NCBI GenBank assembly: GCA_963795165.1
Contig: CAWCGT010000001.1
Location: 577,168-641,167, forward strand
Length of the DNA stretch: 64,000 bases
Direction: 5' to 3'
From: an uncultured Microthrixaceae bacterium
GTDB taxonomy: Bacteria; Actinomycetota; Acidimicrobiia; Acidimicrobiales; VFJN01
In this document: one piece after another, positions 1 through 8,456 of the stretch
How positions within the stretch are numbered: position 1 is the first letter of the stretch
Layout of the letters: each line of letters opens with the position of its first letter
The notes under the pieces: model-generated
Databases searched by the model: none
What the model was told of the DNA's origin: nothing
What the model saw: the letters and a program-made list of their open reading frames with translations, nothing else
Position numbers and translations under genes: made by a program

Positions 1-430
1 GCCCAGCAGGACGCCGATCACGCCGAGCTCCGGGCCCTGGAGGCCGAGCTCCGGCCGCTGGCCCAACGACGCATCGAGGTCGTCCACCACTTGGCGTCCC
101 TGCGCGACGCCCTCTACCCGGTGATCCCCTGGGGCCGCGGGCGCCGGCCGCCTCCAGTGGACCGGAAGCCCCTGCCGCCCGCGGTCGCCGACCCCATCGC
201 CATCAACGGCCGCGACCTTCGGGCTGCCTGCGTCGCCCTCCTTGACCGCTACGGCGAGCAGCGCCTGGTCGACCTGCACGGCCTCCTCCACCTGCACGGC
301 TACCTGGTCTGGTCGCGGCGACCCGTGCAGCGCCTCGCCGATGCCCTGGCCCACGAGGTGCGGATGGGTCGGGCCGAGCGCGTCGCCCGCGGCGTGTACC
401 GGACGAGCCGGCCGCCGCCACCACCCCTAG
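1..430 (+). CDS. 3' part of a hypothetical protein (5' end outside window; true stop unclear)
   Basis: Frame 1 is open from base 1 and runs into track ORF 91..1491. The first ~140 codons look protein-like (...LRALEAELRPLAQRRIEVV..., ...RDLRAACVALLDRYGEQRLVDLHGLL...). Beyond ~430 the frame is only the antisense shadow of the protease gene. No family recognised. Confidence 0.3.
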
Positions 431-459
431 GCGTCGACCCGGCCCTGCACGAGGACCCC

Positions 460-1716
460 TCAGGACAAGCAAGGCCCGGTGTCGACAGGGCGGGAGAGGT
501 CGCCGGCCAGGATGGACTCCAGCTCGGGGAGATCCAGGGCGTAGCTGACCCCGGGCCGGTCCGGGGCGATGGCGAAGGCGACACCGACCACCGCTCCGTT
601 GGCATCGACCAAGGCGGCACCGGAGTCACCGGGGCGCAGGGCCGACGCCAGGATGAGGACCTGTCGCTGGGTGCGCTCCCGGTCGTAGATGTCGGTGCCG
701 GTGGCGGTCACCTCCTGTCCCACCTGGAACGGCGCCGCCCGCAGCGGCCCCCCACCCGGGTGGCCGAAGACGGCCCCCACGCCCCCCTCGTCGATGTCGG
801 CCCGGCCCAAGGCGGGGCGGTCGAGGTCGGTGGCGCGGAGCACGGCCAGATCGCGCCGCGGGTCGAAGGCCACCACCTGCGCCCGCACCTCGGAGCCGTC
901 GCTGCGCTGCAGCACCGTCTCGTCCTCTCCTGCCACCACATGGGCGTTCGTGACCACCAACCCCGGCGCGGCGACGAAGCCGCTCCCCTCCTGGATCCGA
1001 CGGCAGGCCACGCCCTGGACCTTGACGGTGGAGGGCACGACCGCGTCAACGACGGCCTGCGAGATGTTGGTGGAGGTCGGCGGCGGGCCCACGTCGGGCG
1101 CCCGCTCGAGGGCGTCGAACACGCGGGGGAACTGGTCGTCGCCCACCAGCCGGCGCAGGGTGTCGACGGTGTCCGGGGGGTCAGGGAGGCGATCCGACAC
1201 CCACTGGGCCACGGTCGAGCTGCGGGCCTGGGCCGAGAACTCACCCGGCACGTCGGCCATCAAGGGCAGGAGCACCCAGATCCCGATGACGACGCCGACC
1301 ACGCCCGCAACGGCCCCTGCGCCGCGATCGAGGGAGCGGATTCCCGCCCCGGGCAAGGTGGCGTGGAGCCGTGTCCCCACCACCAGGCCCAGGGCCTGAC
1401 CGATGAAGGCCGTTCCCAGCAGCGTCCCCGCCGTCACCAGCAGCAGCTGCACCGGACTGGCGTCCTCGAGGCCGCGGAGGACGGCCGGTAGCACCTGGGC
1501 GGCCAGCCCTACGCCCAAGGCCATGCCCACCCACGACGCCACCCGCGTCAGGAACCCCAGCCGGTAGCCGCCGACGGCCGCGCCCACGGCCGCCGCCAGC
1601 ACGAGCACGTCGAGGGTGTTCAGGCTGGGCTGCCCAACAGACGTGCCGAGGTCAGGAACCCGGTGTGGGCCACCATCCGGTGGTCCGGACGCACCGACTG
1701 CCCCTCGATGTGCCAT
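460..1716 (-). CDS. CvpA-type membrane domain fused to a trypsin-like serine protease (MarP/Rv3671c-like)
   Basis: Track ORF 460..1869(-). Several N-terminal TM helices (LDVLVLAAAVGAAVGGY, VAGVVGVVIGIWVLLPL) are followed by catalytic-triad motifs TNAHVV (His), RRDLAVL (Asp) and RPGDSGAALV (Ser). The start is uncertain: the ATG at 1716 overlaps the trmI 3' end, and no ATG/GTG lies closer to the first TM helix. Confidence 0.75.
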   Translation of the reverse strand: MAHRGAVGASGPPDGGPHRVPDLGTSVGQPSLNTLDVLVLAAAVGAAVGGYRLGFLTRVASWVGMALGVGLAAQVLPAVLRGLEDASPVQLLLVTAGTLLGTAFIGQALGLVVGTRLHATLPGAGIRSLDRGAGAVAGVVGVVIGIWVLLPLMADVPGEFSAQARSSTVAQWVSDRLPDPPDTVDTLRRLVGDDQFPRVFDALERAPDVGPPPTSTNISQAVVDAVVPSTVKVQGVACRRIQEGSGFVAAPGLVVTNAHVVAGEDETVLQRSDGSEVRAQVVAFDPRRDLAVLRATDLDRPALGRADIDEGGVGAVFGHPGGGPLRAAPFQVGQEVTATGTDIYDRERTQRQVLILASALRPGDSGAALVDANGAVVGVAFAIAPDRPGVSYALDLPELESILAGDLSRPVDTGPCLS

Positions 1717-2399
1717 CCACGCTGGAGCACCTCGACGGTCTCGGCCATTCCGAAGTCCGACGCCAGGAGCGTCTCGCGCAGCTGGGCCGCCTGGGTGATC
1801 TGTGGGGTGTACGCCACCAGGATCCCGCCAGGGTGCAGCGCCCGCGCCGCGTGCTTCACCACCTGCCACGGCTCGGGAAGGTCCAGCACGACCCGGTCGA
1901 GGTCGGTCTCGTCGATCCCCTCGTAGCAGTCCCGGTGCTCCACCCGGTAGCGCTCGAGCACCGCCGAGCCGAGGAAGCCGCCGACGTTCTTGAGGGCCCG
2001 ATTGGCGAAGTCCTCGCGCAGCTCGTAGCCCACCACGTCAGCGCCTGCCCGCAGCAGGGTCATCGACAGGGCTCCAGACCCCACCCCGGATTCCAGCACC
2101 CGGGCGCCAGGGAACACGTCAGCCAGCATCAGCAGCGGCCCCAGATCCTTCGGGTAGATCACCTGCGCGCCCCGCGGCATCTTCAGCACGAAGTCGGACA
2201 GCGTGGGCCGGATGGCCGTGTAGGTCATCCCGTGGCTGGAGCGGAAGGCCGTGCCCTCAGCGGCCCCGATCACCGAGTCGTGACCAACGACCCCGGAGTG
2301 GGAGTGGAACTCCTTCCCCTCGGTCAAGGTGATCAGGTAGCGCCGCTTCTTGGTGTCGATCAGCAGGACCTGCTCGCCGGCTGCGAAGGCCCCGCTCAC
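1620..2399 (-). CDS. trmI: tRNA (adenine58-N1)-methyltransferase TrmI
   Basis: C-terminal 259 codons of track ORF 1620..2663(-). SAM-binding motif LESGVGSGALS is present, and DLPEPW and GGILVAYTPQITQ fit the TrmI/Gcd14 family. GTG start at 2399 overlaps the upstream TGA (GTGA). Confidence 0.85.
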   Translation of the reverse strand: MSGAFAAGEQVLLIDTKKRRYLITLTEGKEFHSHSGVVGHDSVIGAAEGTAFRSSHGMTYTAIRPTLSDFVLKMPRGAQVIYPKDLGPLLMLADVFPGARVLESGVGSGALSMTLLRAGADVVGYELREDFANRALKNVGGFLGSAVLERYRVEHRDCYEGIDETDLDRVVLDLPEPWQVVKHAARALHPGGILVAYTPQITQAAQLRETLLASDFGMAETVEVLQRGWHIEGQSVRPDHRMVAHTGFLTSARLLGSPA

Positions 2400-3325
2400 G
2401 ATCGTCGACCCAGCTGCACCGGGACCGAGGTGGCCCGCTCCACCAGGCGGCAGAAGGCGCACACCTCCCCAGGGGTCGGTGCCCCGCACCGCTGGCACGC
2501 CGCCAGACCCGCCTGCTCGGCGGTGGCATCGGGAGTGAACCGGTCCGAGGCCTTGGCCAGGAACCCGAAGTAGAAGTCGTGCTTCGACCCGGGCGAGGTG
2601 GCCTCGATGGCGTTGAGCGCCTCCTTGTAGCCCAGGTGCTTGTTGCCCGCTGCCATCGGGCACTCCTCCACGATGTAGTCGATCCCGCGGAGCACGCAGT
2701 ACGCCGCCATCTCCCGCTCACCCAGACGCACCAGCGGCTTGATCTTGCGAGGGAACCCGTGGCGCGCTGGGAGCACCGGCAGCTGCCGACCGAGGTAGTC
2801 GGTCTGCCACCGAAGCACGTTGCCGAACAGGACCGCCGCCTCGTCGTCGAGGTTGTGCCCGGTGACCACCACGTCGTAGCCCCCCTTGCGGGCGGCATCG
2901 TCGAAGAGGTGACGCTTGGACAGCCCGCACGCCGAGCAGGGCACGCGCTTGGCGGCTCGGGCGCCGCTGGGGACGTCGAAGCCGTGCTCCGACGGGAGAT
3001 CCACCTCGAGGAGGGTGAAGCCCCGCTCCGCGGCGAAGCGGCGGGCCATCTCCCCTGACGCGTCGCTGTAGGAGCCGATGCCCAGCCCCAGGTAGAGGCC
3101 GTCGGCCTCGTAGCCCAGCTCGTGCAGGATGTCCCACACGGCCAGTGAGTCCTTCCCACCCGACACCGCGACGAGCGCGCGCTCCCCCGGCGCCAGCATG
3201 TCGAACTCCTTGATGGCCTTGGCCACTTGGTCACGGCACAGCCGCAGGAAGTGCTCCCGGCAGAAGTTGGCGTTGTGGCGCCGCACGTCGATCACGGCCG
3301 GCTGGCGGCACACGGTGCACTTCAC
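2396..3325 (-). CDS. TtuA/Ncs6-type PP-loop tRNA 2-thiolation ATPase
   Basis: Track ORF 2396..3325(-), intact. N-terminal zinc finger MKCTVC...FCREH, PP-loop SGGKDS, Fe-S cysteines PCSACG and EECPM, and a C-terminal CQRCG...CAFC finger. Confidence 0.8.
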   Translation of the reverse strand: MKCTVCRQPAVIDVRRHNANFCREHFLRLCRDQVAKAIKEFDMLAPGERALVAVSGGKDSLAVWDILHELGYEADGLYLGLGIGSYSDASGEMARRFAAERGFTLLEVDLPSEHGFDVPSGARAAKRVPCSACGLSKRHLFDDAARKGGYDVVVTGHNLDDEAAVLFGNVLRWQTDYLGRQLPVLPARHGFPRKIKPLVRLGEREMAAYCVLRGIDYIVEECPMAAGNKHLGYKEALNAIEATSPGSKHDFYFGFLAKASDRFTPDATAEQAGLAACQRCGAPTPGEVCAFCRLVERATSVPVQLGRRS

Positions 3326-3522
3326 ATCGCCCCCCCGGAGATGACGGGGCGGATCTCCACCTGGTCCGCGTCGTCGAGCAGCGCGTCACCTGGGACGAGG
3401 GTGTCGCCCACGATCACGATCACCGACTCGCGGTTGAGCTCCAGGCGCTCGAGCAGCGCGTGGACCCGGACAGGTCCGGGGACCTCCACCTCTCGTCGAG
3501 GGTTGCGGAGGAGGACCTTCAC
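3322..3522 (-). CDS. ThiS/MoaD-family sulfur-carrier protein (TtuB-like), C-terminus ...ISGGAM
   Basis: Track ORF 3322..3522(-), 66 aa. It has beta-grasp-like size and the ending ...[12 protein letters not shown] followed by two extra residues. It overlaps the TtuA-like start (ATGA) and its own GTG overlaps the upstream stop. Confidence 0.65.
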   Translation of the reverse strand: MKVLLRNPRREVEVPGPVRVHALLERLELNRESVIVIVGDTLVPGDALLDDADQVEIRPVISGGAM

Positions 3523-3710
3523 CGGGGTTCGTGGGAGATGAGCAGCGCCTCACCGGGTCGCAGCTCCTCCCGCAGCGCCAGGCCGTCACCGGCGTTGCGC
3601 CGCTGGTACTGGCGGAGGAGGAACGCGGCAAAGGCCACCGCCGTCCAGATCCCGCTGGCCCCCTGGCGCTTGCGGCGCCGCGCCAGCCGCTCGAGCAGGG
3701 TGAGGAGCAT
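3519..3710 (-). CDS. small single-TM hypothetical protein
   Basis: Track ORF 3519..3710(-), 63 aa, with one hydrophobic helix ([13 protein letters not shown]). It is overlap-coupled at both ends. No family recognised. Confidence 0.4.
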   Translation of the reverse strand: MLLTLLERLARRRKRQGASGIWTAVAFAAFLLRQYQRRNAGDGLALREELRPGEALLISHEPR

Positions 3711-3928
3711 CAGATGCGGCGGACCTCGACCACCGTGGTCCGCTTCTTGCCCTTGCGGCGTCCCAGCAGGAAGGCCACCGCCACCACGGTGACGACCACC
3801 ACCGCTCCTACGGTCAGCAGGGTGCTGGTGGCCGACTCTCGGGTGTCGTCCACCTCGCCCTGCAGCTCGCGCATCTTGGCTTCGAGGTCCTGCCGCCGGA
3901 TCGGCTGGTGGATCGGTTGTGCGCTCAC
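3710..3928 (-). CDS. small coiled-coil protein with C-terminal membrane anchor (DUF3618-like?)
   Basis: 3' part of track ORF 3710..4201(-). GTG at 3928 overlaps the upstream stop (GTGA). Sequence VSAQPIHQPIRRQDLEAKMRELQGEVDD... is followed by the TM helix LLTVGAVVVVTVVAVAFLLG. Confidence 0.45.
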   Translation of the reverse strand: MSAQPIHQPIRRQDLEAKMRELQGEVDDTRESATSTLLTVGAVVVVTVVAVAFLLGRRKGKKRTTVVEVRRI

Positions 3929-4269
3929 AGGCCTGGTCCCTTCCGCTTGACGACCCGGAGCACCACGAGGAGCCCGAGCACCGCCGCTGCCGATGTCACG
4001 ATCAGATACGGGACGAAGGTGAGGCTCCCCGTGAACGTCGTGTCGGTCTCCGTCTGCAGAGCGCGCAGGCCCGCCAGCAGGAGCAAGATCGACCCCAGGC
4101 CCAGCAGCACCGCCCCGCCGATCCCGTAGCCGAGGAAGCGACCCAGCCCCTTCAGGGGATCGATCGTCTCCTGCTTGGCGTAGGTCGTGGTGAGCTCCCA
4201 CAGCTCGATCGCGACCTGCGGGATGCTCTTCGGTTCGGTGTTGTCTCGATCAGCCATCGGGATGGTCAC
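3925..4269 (-). CDS. actinobacterial holin-X-like (phage holin family) membrane protein
   Basis: Track ORF 3925..4269(-), 114 aa. An amphipathic N-terminus is followed by two TM helices (GGAVLLGLGSILLLLAGL, YLIVTSAAAVLGLLVVL) and a basic tail. Confidence 0.5.
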   Translation of the reverse strand: MTIPMADRDNTEPKSIPQVAIELWELTTTYAKQETIDPLKGLGRFLGYGIGGAVLLGLGSILLLLAGLRALQTETDTTFTGSLTFVPYLIVTSAAAVLGLLVVLRVVKRKGPGL

Positions 4270-4270
4270 C

Positions 4271-4906
4271 CTAGTCCCCCGCTCCCGCGCCCCCCAGACG
4301 CAGGCCGAGCACCTCGATGGCCTCCTCGAGGCACCCGGCCAGGTCGGACAAGCGCCCTTCCGGGGTGGTGGCCGCCAGCAGCCGTTGCTGGTCCAGGGGC
4401 CCGAGCGGCGCCACGGTCGCGGCCTGGTGGCCGGCCAGCACCGGGTCGTCCGACAGCTCGATGGTGACCGGGGCAGTCCGGTCGCCAGCCTCGGCAGCCA
4501 GGGCCAGGCAGCGGCGCAGCTGCCCCACGACAGCGGTCAGGGCCTCGGCGTACCCCGGCCCCGGCGGCGGGTCGGGCCAGTCCTCCACCTCGGCGCACGG
4601 GTACGGGTCGTCGGGCAGCCAGCGCTGCACCCGCAGTCGGCGAACCCCCACCGCGGCGATCGACCACCGGCCGTCGGGCAGCTCCACCGCATCGACGATG
4701 CGGGCCACGGTGCCCACCTCCGAGCGAACATCCCCGCCGCCCACCTCGCTGCCCCGCTCGATCAGCACCACCCCGAGCTCCCGGTCGCCGGCCAGGCAGT
4801 CCCGCACCAGAGCCCGATAGCGCGGCTCGAAGACGTGCAGCGGGAGCCCCGCCGAGGGCACCAGCACCGTGCCCAGCGGGAACATCGGCAGGGCCACCTC
4901 AGCCAC
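4271..4906 (-). CDS. LON protease N-terminal (substrate-binding) domain protein
   Basis: Track ORF 4271..4906(-), intact. LPMFPLGTVLVPSAGLPLHVFEPRYRAL is the hallmark start of the LON-N/PUA-like domain. No ATPase or protease domain follows. Confidence 0.75.
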   Translation of the reverse strand: MAEVALPMFPLGTVLVPSAGLPLHVFEPRYRALVRDCLAGDRELGVVLIERGSEVGGGDVRSEVGTVARIVDAVELPDGRWSIAAVGVRRLRVQRWLPDDPYPCAEVEDWPDPPPGPGYAEALTAVVGQLRRCLALAAEAGDRTAPVTIELSDDPVLAGHQAATVAPLGPLDQQRLLAATTPEGRLSDLAGCLEEAIEVLGLRLGGAGAGD

Positions 4907-6329
4907 CTCTCTCGACGAGCTGCGGTCCCAGCGACTCGGCGTCGGGGAGGCGGGGCCACCCCAGCAGCACCTCAGCGATGGCTTCCTCGGCGGCCACCAC
5001 CTCCGCTGGGATCCGCTCCGGCGACGGCACGTTCACGATCATCGCGAACCGCACGGCCGGGTCCTCGTCCTCCACCACCCCGGCCAAGGCGGACACCGTG
5101 TTGAGCGACCCGGTCTTGGCCCGCAGTCGGCCGCGCAGCGGGGAGTCGGCGAAGCGCTCGGCCAGGGTCCCCGACTCGCCGGCCACCGCCAGCCCCTCCA
5201 GCAGCAGCGGTCCGGTGCCCGGACGACCCAGGAGCTCGACGAGCAGCCCACAGGTGACCCGGTTGTCGAGCGAGAGCCCCGAGCCGTCAGCCACCGCCGC
5301 CTCACCCAGATCCACGCCAGCGTCGCCCAACGCCGCCGTGAGGGCCAGCGCCCCACCCGCGGTCGTGGGCGTTCCCGCGTCGCGGCCCACCTCCTTGAGC
5401 AGGAGCTCAGCCGTGTTGTTGTCGCTCTCGCCCAGCAGCTGCGCCACCACGTCGCCCAGTGGCGCCGACCGGATGGCGGCTACCGACATCGCATCAGCCG
5501 GCGCCGACCCGGAGCGAGCGGGGCCACCCACCGCTACGCCGCGCCCCTCGAGCAGCCCTGCGAAGGTGGCGGCGGCACTGGCGGCGGGGTCGTCGGCCGG
5601 CTCGAGGGGCCGGTCCGGATCCGCTGGGGTGGGGAAGCTGGCGAAGCCGTCGTTCACCGACAGCCCCGACAAGGGTCCGACCACGTTCTGGTCGATGTAG
5701 CGCGCCGGCCAGCCCGCCACGTACCGCGCCCGGTCGTAGTGCCCGTCGTCCCCCACCACCGCCCCGCTCACCCTGCGCACCCCTGCGTCCACCACCGCTG
5801 CGGCCAGGGCGTCCAGATCGGTGAAGGCCTGAGGCTGGCGGCGGAACCGAGCCACGTAGTCGGCGGTGGCCAGCAGCGGGTCCCCGCCACCCTGCAGGAT
5901 CAGGTCACCTGTCACCACTCCCTCGACGGGCGGCGCACCGGCCACGACCGCGGTGGACAGCCTCCGGTCGGGGCCGAGGGCGAGGAGTGCGCCGGTGGCG
6001 GTGAGGAGCTTGGCCGTGGAGGCCGGCACCACCGGCGCGTCGGCCCGGTGCGCGAAGGCCACGTCGGGGCCGGCCACGGCCAGGCACGAGTCGGCCGGCA
6101 GGCGGGCCACCTCCTTCGCCAGGTCCTGCCGCAGCCGCCGGGCGGCGATCGGCGCAGCCACGACCACAGGGAGCCGCCGAACCGACAGGACCGGGGTGAC
6201 GATCCGTCGCTCGTCCGAGGCCGACGGCCCTTCGGGAACCGCGGCCTCCAGGGCCAGCGCCGTCCCGCCGCCCGCCAGCGCCCCGACGGCCAGGATCACC
6301 GGTGTGAGCCACCGCGTCCGCCGGCTCAC
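4899..6329 (-). CDS. dacB: D-alanyl-D-alanine carboxypeptidase/endopeptidase (PBP4, DacB family)
   Basis: 3' 476 codons of track ORF 4899..8435(-), intact. Signal/TM segment LTPVILAVGALAGGG is followed by SxxK (ASTAKLL), SxN (ESDNNTAE) and KTG (RAKTGSL). GTG at 6329 overlaps the upstream TGA. Confidence 0.85.
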   Translation of the reverse strand: MSRRTRWLTPVILAVGALAGGGTALALEAAVPEGPSASDERRIVTPVLSVRRLPVVVAAPIAARRLRQDLAKEVARLPADSCLAVAGPDVAFAHRADAPVVPASTAKLLTATGALLALGPDRRLSTAVVAGAPPVEGVVTGDLILQGGGDPLLATADYVARFRRQPQAFTDLDALAAAVVDAGVRRVSGAVVGDDGHYDRARYVAGWPARYIDQNVVGPLSGLSVNDGFASFPTPADPDRPLEPADDPAASAAATFAGLLEGRGVAVGGPARSGSAPADAMSVAAIRSAPLGDVVAQLLGESDNNTAELLLKEVGRDAGTPTTAGGALALTAALGDAGVDLGEAAVADGSGLSLDNRVTCGLLVELLGRPGTGPLLLEGLAVAGESGTLAERFADSPLRGRLRAKTGSLNTVSALAGVVEDEDPAVRFAMIVNVPSPERIPAEVVAAEEAIAEVLLGWPRLPDAESLGPQLVERGG

Positions 6330-7793
6330 ACCGAGGCGCGCCCGTCCCGGTGCCGGGCGTGGCGCCAAAGGTGGTCGAGGGCGCTGACGGCCCGGTTGGC
6401 CGAGGCGTAGCAGAGCCGGCCCGAGGCCCGCACCGCGGACGGACCGGCATTGGCGGGGTGCGTGACGGCCAGCTCGGTGGCCGTGAGGACCGGCTTCCCG
6501 TAGCGGCGCGACGCCTCGGCGGCCGCCTCGGCGAAGCGTCCGTCCTGGCGCTCGTGGTAGTCCACGATCCGCTCCAGGCCGAAGTCGGGGTAGAAGGGCC
6601 CGCTCCGCATCAGGGCGGCCTGGTTCGACTGGATGCCCAGACCCAGGTACACCACCGCGTCCACCTCGGGGTGCCCGACGATGAGGTCCAGCACCTCGGG
6701 GATGGTGTCCCGGGTCTCCGCCCCCGCCAGGTCCACCGGGTTGCTCCGGCTCCAGCGGGGCGGCAGCTTCTCGTCGAGGGCCGCCCGCAGGTCGTCCGGG
6801 AGCGGCGTCAGGTCGAGGGCCGATCCGGTGATGGCATCGGCGGTGACCACCCCCCACCCGCCCGCGGTGGTGAGCACCACCACTCGGTTCCCGGCCGGGA
6901 GGGGCTGGGTGGCGAAGGTGGCGGCCACCTCGAAGGCCTCCTCGATGGTCGCGGCGCGGGTGATGCCGGCCTGGCGACACATCCCATCGAACACCCGGTC
7001 GTCGGAGGCCAAGGAACCGGTGTGGGACGCGGCGGCCCGCTGCCCACCGGCCGTGGCCCCGCCCTTCACCAGCACCAGCGGGATCTGCTCGGCGACGGCC
7101 CGTGCCCGCTCGAAGAACCGCCGCCCGTCGGGCACGCCCTCGACGTAGGCGAGGGCCACGTCGGTGGCCGGGTCGGCGGCGTAGTACTCCAGGTAGTCGG
7201 GAATGGACACGGCGGCGGCGTTGCCGGCCGACACGGCCCGGCTCACCCCCACCCCCGTCTGCACCGCGTAGTTCATGAACGACGAGATGAAGTTCCCGGA
7301 CTGGGAGGCGATGCCGATCCGTCCCGACGGCGGGTAGGGCGCCACGATCTGCGCGCACAGGCGAGCCGGGGTGGACACCACTCCCTGCCCGTTGGGACCC
7401 GCCACCAGCATCCCCAGCTCGTCGGCCAGCGCCACCAGCTCGGCCTGGAGCTGCAGCGCCCTCAGGACCGGCTTCGCCGTAGCCGGCCGACGCCAGGAAG
7501 GCGGCTCGGATGCCCTTCTTCGCACAGGCTCGGAGCAGATCTGGGTTGGCCGCAGCGGGCGTGCAGACGAAGACCAGGTCGATCTCGCCGTCGGGGAGGT
7601 CCGCGAGGTCGTCGACGACCTCCACACCGAGCACCTCGCCCGCCTCCCGGCTCCAGCCGTGCACGCGGCCCTCGTAGCCCGCCGCCAGGATGTTGTGGAG
7701 GCTGACGAACCCGAACTTGCCCGGGTGGGTCGACACCCCCGCCACCAGGACCCCCCGCGGCTCGAAGAGCGCCTGGAAGCGGTCGTCGCTCAT
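6326..7793 (-). CDS. acetate/acyl--CoA ligase (ADP-forming) family, CoA-binding + CoA-ligase domains; one frame change as read
   Basis: The N-terminus MSDDRFQALFEPRGVLVAGVSTHPGKFG... lies in the frame of ORF 4899..8435. From ~7470 the protein continues in ORF 6326..7627 (...LVAGPNGQGVV..., SQSGNF, GGQRAAASHTGSLA). Confidence 0.7.
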
Positions 7794-8435
7794 CCGGCCA
7801 CCTCCACCAGTGCGTCGACGGCCACCGGCCGGCCGTCCACGACGATGAGCGGGTTCAGGTCGGCGGTCACGATGAGCGGGTCGGCCATGGCGGCGTCGGA
7901 CAGCGCCACCAGCACAGTCGACGAGCGCCTCCCGGTCCACCGGCGGCTCACCGCGCACGGCGTCGAGCAGGGCCTGGGTGGACAGGTCGTCCATCATGTC
8001 GTGGGCGTCGCGGGCGGTGATGGGGACGAGCCGGAAGGCCACGTCGGCGAGGGCCTCCGCCAGCACCCCCCCGATGCCGAGCATCACGGTCATCCCGAAC
8101 TGCTCGTCGAGGTGCAGCCCCGCGATCAGCTCCCGGTTCCCCCGCAGCATCGGCGCGACGAGCAGATGGACTTCGCCGTCCTCGGGACGGGCCGCCGCCA
8201 GGAGGGCCTCGGCGGCGTCAGCCACCGCCGCGTCGTCGCCGAGGGCCAGGCGCACCAGACCGCGCTCGGTCTTGTGGGCGATGGCCGCTCCGCCCAGCTT
8301 CACCACCACCGGGTGCCCGAGGTCGCGAGCGGCCGCCACCGCCTCGTCGGCGGTCGCCACCACCCGCTCGTCGGGGAACGCCACCCCGTGTCCGGACAGC
8401 CGGCGCTTGGAGTCGACCTCCGACAGGGTGGGCAT
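7790..8435 (-). CDS. ATP-grasp subunit of the ADP-forming acyl-CoA synthetase; one frame change as read
   Basis: The N-terminus of ORF 4899..8435 reads MPTLSEVDSKRRL...HPVVVKLGGAAIAHKTERGLV. The expected tail VLVALSDAAMADPLIVTADLNPLIVVDGRPVAVDALVEVAG* appears only after shifting frame near 7918. That tail ends in a TGA overlapping the next ATG (7790-7793). Confidence 0.65.
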
Positions 8436-8442
8436 GGGCGCG

Positions 8443-8449
8443 TACGGTA
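8443..8449. promoter_or_regulatory. putative shared -10 element (TACGGTA) for two back-to-back leaderless genes
   Basis: TACGGT lies on the + strand 8 nt before GTG 8457. Its complement TACCGT lies 8 nt before ATG 8435 on the - strand. The intergenic space is only 21 nt and has no Shine-Dalgarno on either side. Confidence 0.35.
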
Positions 8450-8456
8450 GCGGTCC

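Noticed and set aside
91-1491. Long ORFs antisense to well-supported genes (also 4869..6410, 6350..7705, 7371..8450, 32911..34233, 37841..39376, 55393..56895, 60529..61587, 61609..62517)
   Set aside because: These are shadow ORFs. Their products are low-complexity (R/G/P/A/H-rich) and carry no recognisable motifs, while the opposite strand encodes clear family members.
4899-8435. A 1178-aa single ORF in the track, suggesting one giant multidomain protein
   Set aside because: It is a composite. DacB has its own GTG at 6329 overlapping the stop of ORF 6326..7627. The CoA-binding gene starts at ATG 7793, and the ATP-grasp gene ends in another frame at 7790. The apparent continuity comes from stop-free off-frame stretches typical of very GC-rich DNA.
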